A stretch of 60,157 nucleotides of DNA, counting the filler, from Bilabrum cf. latius (taxonomy: Eukaryota), in assembly GCA_965178125.1 (NCBI GenBank). It is 3 parts of 3 records of this genome, joined end to end, with 100 filler letters (N's around TTAATTAATTAA, not from the genome) between each part and the next. Parts side by side here need not be neighbours in the genome. Positions count along the whole stretch, not along the records: positions 1 to 20,310 come from CBCXTV010000047.1; positions 20,411 to 40,316 come from CBCXTV010000048.1; 1 more part is not named here. The stretch is one strand, 5' to 3'. Of the stretch, positions 10,061 to 20,700 are shown in pieces. The position numbers were made by a program, and so were the translations under genes. The stretch's first letter is position 1, and the number at the start of each line of letters is the position of its first letter. The notes beneath the pieces are model-generated. The model was not told the DNA's origin and ran no database searches. It saw only the letters and a list, made by a program, of their open reading frames with translations.

Positions 10061-13000
10061 TGTCTTCGGATGATCGCATCAACTATCCGGGATTCCCGAA
10101 GGGCGCGAATTGGAGCGCCATGGTCGCCGAAAGAGGCGATACTCCGGGGGTTTCGGACGATTCGACTGTCCCAGAATTTTTGGGCACTTCCGATCCGCTT
10201 GATCGTCAGCATGTCGCTCGGAGTCAGGGAGTTGAGTCAGGGGTCGAGGGTGAGCAGGTCGGGCGTGGCAGCGGTTCGTCCGCAGCGATGCATCGGTCCT
10301 TGTCTCGCTCTCGCAAGGGAATCGGAAAGGTTTTCGTCCCTGTCTTACCTCTGACAAATCATTCCGGGAGTCGGCGGCCCAGTCCGGCTCCCTCCCATGA
10401 CTCCGCGATGAATGGCGCCCATGTCGACACAGGGTCCGCGAGTGTGATCGACGGAATCCCTAAACGAACTAGGGTAGGCTCGGAAGCGTCGGGCCCCGGA
10501 GACGACGATATGCCGTCGGTGCCTGGGGACCGGTTCGAGCCCATGTTTGGGCTGCCGGGGCGTGCTGGGAATACGCTTCCCTGGAATGGGGAGCGCCAGT
10601 GGCTGGAGATGCAGGAACAGGTCTCGAAGATGGCGCATGAGATAGAAGAATTGAAGACCATGTGTCGATCGGCTCAACAGGAGTCGGCCGCCCGTGGTGA
10701 CTTGGTAGCTTCTCTGCGCCAGGAAGGATTGGAGTTGAAGGAGGAGGTAAGGAGTCAGGAATTTAGGGTGGAACAAGCGAGGCTTACGCATGTGAGCGAG
10801 GCCAACGAGGCGCGCACCCTCTACCTCCGAGCGGCGGATGAGGCCTCGGAACGACTCCGGAGCGTGGAAGCCCGGGAGAGCTCCCGCGTCGGAATGATCG
10901 AGTCCGAGGCGGCCGTCCGGTTGGAGGCGGTTGAGGAAGAGGTTAAGAAGTACTTCACCGTGTTCAGTGAGGAGGAATTGGAGGCCCGAAACGCGTCGCT
11001 CCAGCTCCGCACCGATTTGGTCAATGCGGAGGCGACGCGGGATCGCTATGAGCGAGTCGTCCGTGAGACGACCCGCAGCGCCCGCGCCATGGCGGTCCGA
11101 TTTGCCGAACTGCAATTCCAGACGAACGCGACATCATCGGCTGGGCATGGGCCTCGCGAGGAGGAGGAGCGGCGGAAGTTGGAACGGCGCCTCGCCGAAG
11201 TCTCTGGGACGCTGGAGTCTGAGGTCGAGGCGGCAAGGAGGCACGACCATGAGGCCTCATCGCTGCGACGCCGTCTGACGGAAGCCCAGCAAGCCCTTCT
11301 CGTGGCTCAGGATCGCGCGACGGAGAGTGATGCCCGAAGGGCCGAGTGCGTGCCCGAAAGAATGGGAAACGCTTCGGCTCAGCGGGAGAACTCGATGCTT
11401 CGACATGAAATTGATGAGATGAAGCACGAGGTCGAGCATTATCGGGTGGGTTGTAACGCCCATTGGCAACGACGCCAATCACTGCTCGAGGGCGTCGAGG
11501 CTGCGTATGAGCAGCGGATCAAGACGCTCGAGATCTCCGAGAAGCGCGAAAGGGAGAAGGTGGCCACCGTGGAGGCCCAGGCCGAACGCTCCCTCGGTTC
11601 CGGGGGTAGCGGTCAGATCAATGCGATCGAACAAACTCGTGCGTTCATGCTGGAAGCGAAGTTGAAGGAGGTGACGACTAAGTTGTTGAAGGCCGACCAA
11701 GATAACGAACGATTGAAGGTGGAGTACGCCAAGGTCTGCGACGACCTGAAGGTTTCCACGCGGAAGCTGAAGGACTCGTCGTTGGAGTTACGGTCAGGAC
11801 CTCCTATGTTGCCCACGTTACAGACGGCCACGACGACACTGCCGATCCCGGCCGTGACATCTGCACCTGTGGCGAAGTTCAGTATCGCCACCCCGCAAAA
11901 CGATCGGAGTTTGCGGGATGGGTTGCGGCAGGAAGCTGGCGGCAGTTCGGGGCCGACGTCCTTTGTCTTCGGGCATCAGGACCCTCAGCCTCCTCCCCAG
12001 CCATCGGGAAGCGCTGGTCCTGGCAACGGCGACAGTTCGTCTGCTGATGCCGGGTTTCCGGTCGCCTACGACCGAGGGGGTGCACAGGGCCCTCCCGGGG
12101 GCGATCCCGATGGAGGCGGAGGAGGAGGGGGCGATGACCCGAACGAGGACGAGAGTGACACGTACGTGGACGAGGATGGTGAGGTCTGGACTCGCGTTCG
12201 CCGGCGCCGGAACCGTCGGAACGGAGGAGGCGAACCCCCGGGGGACGATCCTCCGGGCGACGGTGGAGACGGGGGAAACCCGGACGGGGATCCGCCGCCG
12301 AGGCGCGAGGATACGGGACGGGAGCGGCGAAGGAGAAGCCACAGCCGTTCGTCTCGGAGTCCCAACCGGCTTAAGGAGCAGAACAAGGTGGAGTTGCCCG
12401 GATTCCCGCAGGTTGTCACGCTCAGCAAGTATAAGGCCGATCTCCTTGACGCGGTTCTGAATTGCGCCCAGGACAAGTCTCTTGGCGTCGTGCTGCCGTG
12501 GATCATGAAGGTTGGTGAGAAGGGCGTGAAGTTCGAGGACCTGCAGGAGCCCGGTGCTACCTTCCAAACGCTCGACCGAAAGCTGGCCATTTCGCTGTCT
12601 AAGACTCTTCCTCAGGAGTTTGGCCGCATGGTCGAGGTCAAGCGTCAGAGGGCGCTGCGGGAGCATAAGCTGCTGGCGGGGCGGCAGATCCTGTGGGAGA
12701 TCTACCGGCATTTGGCGACCTCCGCCAACCAAGAGAACCTCTACAGCGCTTCCGACTTGATGTCCATCCGTTGGTTTGGCGACTCCCACAAGCAAGCATT
12801 CATGACTATGTGGGAGGACCGGATGTCGAAGACTAAGGGCAATGTCGCCGTGTGGGTCAAGGTCGAAGTCCTTGAGAAATGCGTCAAGGAATCGACGGAC
12901 CTTCGATTTCAGTGGATGCAGTATGAAGACAAGCATCGTGATGAGCGGAACGACGACAACGCCCTGGAGAGGTATGACCTCTTGATCGACATGATCCAGC

Positions 13001-13625
13001 GCCAAGTCATCAAGGAACGGAAGGAGGTCAATTTGGAAAAGATGCAGAGCGCTGACAAAAGGTTCAAGGAGCAGTTCATTAAGACTCCCGCGCCGAAGAA
13101 GGCCCCTGCCGCACCTGCCCCACATGGGAAGGGGAAGGATAAGGGAGGAGGGGGGAACGGAAAGGGACCTCCAAAGGGTCCTGGACCGGCTCCTCAGCAC
13201 CCAGCCCCTTCAAACCCTAACCCCTCTTCTGGGAAGCCCAAAGGGGGTAAGGGCAAGAAGGGCGACGGCAAGGGAAAAGGAAAGAAGGGACACTTCCGTA
13301 CGGAAGGTACGAAGCGGCTCTGCGTCAACTTCTTGTTCAACACGTGCCGGTGGGGAGGGCAATGCCCCTACCTGCGCGACCGGAAGATGTATGACACTCT
13401 TCCTGAAGAGAACAAGAAGGCGTGCATGATCAGCTGGTAGCGTCGCGTTCGCAGTCGCCAGCGCCGAGCCAGGCAAACAGCCGGGCCAGTTCTCCTGCCA
13501 CTCCGGGGAAGGGCAAAGGCAAAGCCGGCCCAAAGAGGAGGGGCAAGAAGAAGGCCGGAAACAGCCGCTCGACGTCCCCCGCTCCTAACACCCCTCGGGC
13601 CAAGACGGGGGGTCCCAGTTCTTGA
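10060..13625 (+). CDS. gag: Gag-like polyprotein: coiled coil, Gly/Asp-rich linker, capsid-like region, GKGK-rich tail and CCCH-like finger
   Basis: 1126-aa ORF upstream of pol. It has C-x7-C-x5-C-x3-R (His replaced) at ~13321-13377. The Gag-like tail (SRSQSPAP...GKGKGK) continues in another frame to TGA 13625, which implies a frameshift near 13425. Confidence 0.75.
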
Positions 13626-16600
13626 CGGTTTACCGCGCCCGCGGTTCAGGTCGGATCGGGCGAGCAGCGGTTCGTCCGCAGCGTGCTCGATCCGCTGGGG
13701 CGGGCGCCTGGGGGACGCCTTAGTTCCCCGGCCATTAGGACCCAGAGGGGAAGGTCTCCCTCCCCGCTGCGTAAGGCGGGTCGGCCCTATGACCCCGTTG
13801 AGGATGTGGAGAGCGGGATGGCGACTATCCTTGGGGGTAACGGGGGGGAGGGGGGAGTCTCGGTCTGGGTCGGGCAGCGGTTCGTCCGCAGCGAGATCCG
13901 GGTCGGGCTCGCCCGCCCGTCGGCCCAGTGTGGGTCGATCTCCCTCGAGGAGTCGCCGTACGCGATTGGATTTCGGGTATATTGAAGTGTTGTACCATGA
14001 AATGCCCGGCGAAGTCGCGAATAAGGAAGAGCAGACCGGATTGCGGAGTTCGGCACGAGCCCGAAGGAAGACGATTCCGTGGCGCGGGTTTCCTACCTCG
14101 CTGGAGGAGCACTTCTCTTCCCTCCTACAGGAAGCCCTCGCCAGGGTTGAGGCCCATGCTATGGCCCTAGAGGTGGGACGCAGTGGGGCGTGCGCCGTAG
14201 ATCTTCCAGCGGGGCCGTACACCGCGGTCTGGGACAATCAGGGAGGAGTTTACCTTGTGTATTACGCATCCGGATCGGTCATCCCGAAGGGCGAACCCAA
14301 GTACGTGAGCCGACAGGATGGCCTACAGTTGCTTCGGGAGCGCTGGAGCGCCTTCCTTCACGTCGGGGAGGTGCCCGGACCCACCGAGAGGGTCGAGAGC
14401 GGCTCAACATTGGGGTGGTTTGGAGCCGAGCGGTGGGACAGTGGAAGACCGAGTGTTCCGGGTGTGGTGTCCGAAGGCAGCGATCCGGGGGAGGCTCAAG
14501 TGAGTCGCTGGCTTGTCGACTCGGGGTGTGGATCCGACTTGGTCGACGCAAAGAGCGTTGCGCATTTGGGTGCCCAGGTCGAAGAGCTCACCGAGAAGCC
14601 AAGGTTGCTGACGGCGAATGGGATCACGGAAGTGTCCCATGACATCCCCTTGTGGATTGGTCCCATGGGGGTGGTTCGAAGGCCGTTGGTGATGAACAAT
14701 TCCCCGGATGTGCTGTCCATGGGCAAGATTTGTGTTGAGGAGGGGTATGACCTGCATTGGCCGGGCGGAAGCCTTCGGCCATATTTCGTCCTTCCGGGAG
14801 GCGAGAAGCGTATTTACATGACGGTGGAAGGAAACATCCCGTTCATGGACGCTTCCGCCGTCCCCGTCGACGTCCGCCACGAAGTCGAGGGTCGTGTGGA
14901 GCATGACGCGGCCCCGGCATTGTCTCCGGGCGGCGGCGATGAGTCGGCCGACGATGGAGGTGTTGGGCACCGGCCAGTCGAGCTGGAAGGGGAAGGGCAT
15001 ATGGAGGTCGCTCCCCCTCACGAGGTAGTGCCTAGTGATGATCCCGACGACATTGTGCTGGGTCCCGAGGATGATGGTCGGAGAGACCTGAGGAAGGAGG
15101 CCAAGAGTGTGGAGCATTTGCTCTTTCACTGGCCTAAGAACCCGCATTGTCGCGTGTGTCGGGAGGCGCTGGCGCTCAGGAAGCAGAATCGACGGAGAAA
15201 GGATGTCCCGGATCGATACCGGGAGTTTGGCGATATGATCACCATGGATCATGTCGTCCAGAAGGACCTATCACAACGAGGTCTTGAAGGGGTGCGCGAC
15301 TTGTTGGTCGTCTACGACTTGGGCACGGGGTGGCTTGGTGCATATCCCGTGCAGTCTAAGGCGGCCGATCGCGTTGTTCGATCTCTGTCTCGCTTCTTGG
15401 GGAACCAGAAGGCAAAGAACTTCCATTCGGACCGTGCCCCGGAGTTGTTGGCGGCCGTGAAGACGCTTCCCGGTTCCCCTCCGGAGACCCACAGGGCGAG
15501 TGTCCCGGGCGTTCATCAGACCAACTCCATCGCCGAGACAAGGGTCAAGCAGGTCATTCATGGCACTCGCACTAGCTTGTTGGGTGCGGGCTTGCCCACT
15601 TGCTGGTGGCCCTACGCGGCGAAGTGTTACGCTTTTCAGCACAACTGGGCGGAGTTCGGGGGAGTCGCCCCGGCCACCGCCAGGGGGCTTGGTCAGTGGA
15701 AGGGGCAATTAGTTCCCTTCGGAGCGCTCGTGAGCGCCATGCCGAGTGCGATCCACAAGGATCGCGTCCGAAAGTTTGAGGCGCCCATGCAGCCGGCCGT
15801 CTTCCTCGGCTATGTCGTGCAGGACGGCGGAAAATGGTCTGGAGAATACCTTTGGGCGTTCCTCGACGACTTTGCGGACAAGTCGTTTTATCGACGCGCT
15901 CGGTGGTCCGAGTGTGGGGTCACGATTCACTCCGGACGCGAAATGAGGTTCGAAGGCGACAGGCCCGTAGAGTTCCCGTGCCGTGAGAAATTCCTCAGGG
16001 ATAATGAAACCCTCGAGGGGATCGAGCGGTGCCTTGAACGGGAGCGCGAGGCCGAGGCCCTCGAAGATGCTCGACCGGAGATCGGCGATGTCGGAGAGTC
16101 CCAAGGTGGGGACGGGTCATCGGTGAGAGCTCTCCCTCCTGGTCAGGAGGATCAGGGCGCCGGTGATGAAATCCCAATGGGGCCTGATGACGTCGATGAA
16201 GAAGAACCCTTCCCGGAGGATGTCGAGGAGGAGCTCCATCGATTGGAACGGGAAGTCGAAGATGAACGGTTCACGTTGGAGTTTATACCGACGGGGCGCA
16301 GTGCGCGGGGGGCGCACACCGACCAGTTCGGGAACGAGATTCAGAAGACTCAGCGCCCGCCATATTTCTCCCCCGAGGAGTGGACTCCGATGGATTCGGC
16401 CAAGCGTAGGAAGTTCGTTGAGAAGTCTCGGTTGGAGATGGAAGACTATCGGGCGAAGCAGGAGAGAATAACCGCGTTGCAGGCGATCATCGACGGCTAT
16501 TATGCCCGTCTCCGTCGCCGGATCCAAGGCGGTGGTCCGCCTCAAATTCCTGTTGATCCGGCGGCTGTGGGATCGCTTCCGGGTGACAAGGGACAGTTTG

Positions 16601-19600
16601 GGACAGGCAGCGGTTCATCCGCAGCGCGTTCCGAGCAGAGTCTCCTATGTCCGGGGCGGCCGGGGACAGGCAGCGGTTCGTCCGCAGCGGGTTCCCGACA
16701 GGCTCCGGCAGCGGAGGCACCCTTTTCCCCGCCATCGTGTGATATTGCGATGCCCGTTTTCTCCTCTGATGGATTCCCGCATCGGGATAAGATTGCCCAC
16801 TCTTGGGCCCCGATGTATGCGCTTACCGCCCGGGATGTCTCGCACGCCGAGCGCCGTACATCGGAGGCAGCCCAGAAGGCCCTTAAGCTAGAGTGGGATC
16901 GCCTCCGATCGTGCGGTGACCGCGGGTGTTGGGACGAGGCCAACCCGCGGGAAATGGCGGACGTGAAGGCCGAGAAGCGACGAAATAAGACCACCGCCCA
17001 TTTCGGTAGGGTTTTCGACATCTGTGTGGAAAAGAACTTCCACCTGCCGGAAGGTACTCTGGGACGGAAATTCAAAGGGAGGGCCGTGTACCAGGGGAAC
17101 AACGTGAAGGACCAGGATGGAAATTGGGCTATTTTTCAGGAGCTGGCATCGTGTCCTTCGACGATGGAAGCATCGAAGGTGGCGGATTTCTATTCGCTGC
17201 TTGACGGGCACGAGGGACAGCAGGCGGACGCGGTTATGGCCTATACTCAGGCCGACTTTTCCGGACCAGAGACATGGGTGGAAATTCCGCGTGAGCAATG
17301 GCCCGATTCCTGGTACCGGAACGGAAAGCCCTTGTATCATCAGCCCGTTTGTCGATTGCTCAAGGCGCTATATGGACATCCCGATTCCGGGGGGCTTTGG
17401 GAGCGCAAATGCGACGCACACTTGAAGAAGATCGGCTTCAGGGAGGTGCCTTCGTGGCAGAGTGTCTATTTCCATGATGCCCTGGAGATTCTTCTCGCCG
17501 TCTACGTGGACGACTTGAAGATGGCCGGTCCCAAGGAAGCCCTCGGGAAATGTTGGGATATGATCCGTGGCGACGAGGCGGAGAACGGCCTGCGCATAGA
17601 GCCCCCGGAACCCTTTGGGTTGTTTCTGGGGTGCTCTCATGAGGTCGGGTCGGTGGAACTGGGAGCTGGAAAGCCCTCGGTGAAGACCATGACCTACAAT
17701 GTGGAGGCCTACCTTCGAAAGAGCATTGACAAGTATCTGGGGGTCCTCCCGGCGGGCTCCGCCCTAAAGAAGGCCCCCGCTCCCTTTTTGGCTGCGACCG
17801 GTGAGGCGTTGGATGTTGCCCGCCCGTCGCGCCCGGGTGGCGATCCTAAGAGGTGCCCGTGGTGTCGTGGGATTTTCGATCATTCAGAATTCGGCCAGTT
17901 GGCCGACCCGAAGAAGGTCCCCGCGCCGACCCCGGCGGAGAGGCCTCCGCCGCGGGGGGTGCTAGCGGCCAAGGCGGCCAGCGTCCTCATGCAGATTCTG
18001 TATGCGGCTCGCTATGCCCGCTTCGACCTCCTTTGTGCGGTGTCGAAGCTGGCCCAACGGATTGCTACTTGAGATGAGGAATGCGATCGGGGAATTTATC
18101 GGCTGATGTGTTACATACAGTCGACGTTGAGTTGGCGGCAGATGGGGTATGTTGGGGACGGCTTGTCCGACGTCGTCTTCGACCTGTACGCCGATGCGGA
18201 CTTTGCCGGCGACCCGTCGAAGAAGTCGACCTCGGGCATGCATGTTGCCATTTCGGGTCCCCGCACATACTTCCCATTGAATGGTCAGAGCAAGAGGCAG
18301 GATTGCGTCAGTCACTCCACTCCGGAAGCGGAAATCGTCGCGGCGGATCTCGCCTTGAGGCGAGAGGGGTTGCCTATGTTGGACTTATGGGATGTCCTGT
18401 GTCCTGGGCATGCTCCACTTCGCTTTCATGAGGATAACGAGGCGATGATCCGGGTGTGTCGTTCGGGACGCAATCCCACGATGCGACATCTGTTGCGCAC
18501 CCATGCCGTGGCGGTTGCCTCGTTGCATGAGACATTCTCCCGGTCGGATATCACTTTGTTGTACGTACAGTCCGACCGGCAGGCTGCCGACATCTACACC
18601 AAGGCCTTTGACAATGGAGACAAATGGAGGGCAGTGTGCACGCTCAGTGGGGTGTACGATGTCTCCTCCTTTACAGTCGCGGGGAACATTCATTTCTGGG
18701 CGAATCCGCCCCCGACAAAGGCAGCCCTACGGGCAGAGGCCGATGAGGCCGCCGTCCCGGCGCCCAGGGGAAGCAGCGGTTTGTCCGCAGCGTTCTATGG
18801 GTCGTCGGGCCCCGTCGCCCCGCCCCCGCACGGACGGGGGGATTTTGGGGGTCCGGGGGGTTCGGGGGGTGTTTCGCGCGTCATCGTTGAGATCTGCTGC
18901 TCTGCGACTTCCACCATAGGGGCTGTTGCCCCTCCTTCGTGTCGCGTATTCCGCATCACGGTGGTGGATGACTTCCGGTGCGCGAAAGGCAGGTGCAAGG
19001 TAAGCCGAATTCTCCGGCGCTTCTCGCACCACCCGATCTTGATTTGGGTGTCTTTTCCGTGCACGGGCGGGTCTCCATGGCAGAGGCAGAATTGGAGAAA
19101 AGGGAACCCCGATACGCAAGAGAAGATTAGGAGTCACTGGGAAGATCTCAGACGACTATGGGAGTCCTTCTGCTCGGTTGTGTTGCCCTGGGTGCGATCT
19201 GGGAAGGTCGACCTGGCATGGGAGTGGCCGGTGGCCTGCTCCTACTGGCACTGGACCGGCGAGGGACGATGTCCGGACGGGACACACCAGGTGGCCATTC
19301 GCGACACGTTGCAGTCGCTCAACATGCGCTCCATGGTGGTCCATGGATGCGAGGTGGGTCTTGTGGCCCACGCCGGCCCGCGACGCGGGGAGCATGTTAG
19401 GAAATTATGGCGTGTGGATTCAACCGTCCGTTCGCTCTTGGACGGGATAGGAAAGCCCCTTAGGGACGACAGGTCCGTTCCCATGGTGGGGGGTTTCATC
19501 ATGTCCGATGCGAAGGGTCCATTACCAAAGCATCGGAGATTTATCCCGATTCCCTTGCGAGAGCGATTCATAAGGGGTGGTCAAGGTCGTGTCAGAAGGT

Positions 19601-19649
19601 AAGAGGGAAGGTAAGGATGAGCGCATGTGCGATGCCGTTTCTTGTTTAG
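13624..19649 (+). CDS. pol: Copia Pol (protease, integrase, RT, RNase H) with a C-terminal C5 DNA-methyltransferase domain; one premature stop and one frameshift
   Basis: Protease WLVDSG (~14509). Integrase HLLFHWPKNPHCRVC, ITMDH, FHSDRAPE, SIAE. RT LKALYGHPDSG and YVDD (17503). RNase H YADADFAGD, STPEAE, EDNEA, ADIYTK. TGA at 18070 sits at a likely Trp. The DNMT part starts at ~18877 with VEICCS, SFPCTGGS, WEWP and RKLWRV. After a G-run frameshift at ~19490 it reads HVRCEGSITKASEIYPDSLARAI to TAG 19649. The frame is open upstream of the Met at 13789. Confidence 0.92.
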
Positions 19650-19856
19650 CACTCGAAGGGACGCGCCGATCGGCAGCCCTTAGCGCTCGCGCATCCGTGC
19701 GCGCCGACCCTTCGCCTTCGGGCGACCCCGCTCGACCCTAGGGTCATCCCCCGACGCTTCGGCGTCCTAAGGCCGTGCTCCCGGACTATTCCGCGGGGCC
19801 AGGCTGAGGAGAAGGAGGAGAGGAGCCGAAGGAGTCCGCAGATTGGAGTGGAACAG

Positions 19857-20310
19857 ATGGCGGGGCAGGATATTCTGTCCACGCTTGTGCCGCACACCTG
19901 GCGGCGCTTCTACGGCTACGAGGTCCCGATCCCGTTGAAGGAATTACGGGACAATAAAGGGGGTGCTTCCTCGCTTCCCGTATCAGGAGCGTTGGAGGAA
20001 GTATGTGGAGTGGAAGTATGCCTACGCGAAGGCCCTCGTGCAGAACGTTGGGGACCTCCACCGAGAGATGTACGTCCCTTGAGTGCGCCCTACGCGAAGG
20101 CGAAGCGGTGCTGGATCTACTTCCAAATGCAGTTTCACCCCGACAAGTCGGCACCCGGGAAGGGGGACCAGTCGAGCCCGCCCGGGATTTGGTTGAAGCT
20201 GCAGGAGTACCACAAGCGCTTTGAGGATCCGCACGAGTATTTCTTCCTTGTCCTAGTCTTGTTGCACAAGCGGCGAGGCCAGGATGGACTCGGAGATCTC
20301 GACCCCTATT
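19857..20310 (+). CDS. Extra ORF downstream of pol with a J-domain-like HPDK motif; truncated by the linker
   Basis: AKAKRCWIYFQMQFHPDK...WLKLQEYHKRFEDP resembles DnaJ helix II-HPD-helix III. HPD starts at 20136. Confidence 0.5.
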
Positions 20311-20410
20311 NNNNNNNNNNNNNNNNNNNNNNNNNNNNNNNNNNNNNNNNNNNNTTAATTAATTAANNNNNNNNNNNNNNNNNNNNNNNNNNNNNNNNNN
20401 NNNNNNNNNN
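20311..20410. other. Artificial contig linker
   Basis: N44-TTAATTAATTAA-N44, which places stops in all six frames. Confidence 0.98.
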
Positions 20411-20439
20411 CGCCGGTGCCCGCTCATCTCTTCAAGAGA

Positions 20440-20496
20440 CGGGAAACATTGGAATAGAAGAGGGGAACTTCCCCTCTTCTATTCCAATATTTCCCG
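20440..20496. repeat. 57-bp near-perfect palindrome
   Basis: CGGGAAACATTGGAATAGAAGAGGGGAA-C-TTCCCCTCTTCTATTCCAATATTTCCCG, with one mismatch. Confidence 0.9.
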
Positions 20497-20700
20497 GATA
20501 CATCGGTCACAGCTTGGAGTCATTGCGGATGTTCTTTCGCTCGGCGTTGGGTGCACGTCTGGTTTCCATGGACGCATTCAGTCGAGATTCACGGCTGTTT
20601 ATTTCGGCATACGCTGCAACAGATCCCCAAAGCCTTTTTTGGCACAAGCGCAGCACCCCGGGGAGCAAGGCCTTGGCGCCATCGCAGGGCAGCACGCGGC

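Larger units (their letters stand above)
8690..20310 (+). mobile_element. Ty1/copia LTR retrotransposon carrying a DNMT domain and extra ORFs; 3' end cut by the linker, 5' boundary approximate
   Basis: The domain order gag-PR-IN-RT-RNaseH is diagnostic of copia. No second LTR is present to confirm the ends. Confidence 0.9.

Noticed and set aside
10345-17640. Antisense ORFs over gag and pol (for example 11818-13200, minus strand)
   Set aside because: These are expected shadows of GC-rich coding sequence and contain no recognisable motifs.
18070-18072. TGA-to-Trp genetic code reassignment
   Set aside because: Trp is TGG elsewhere and TGA ends other genes. A single TGG>TGA mutation or error is simpler. 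TAG 46190 is treated likewise.
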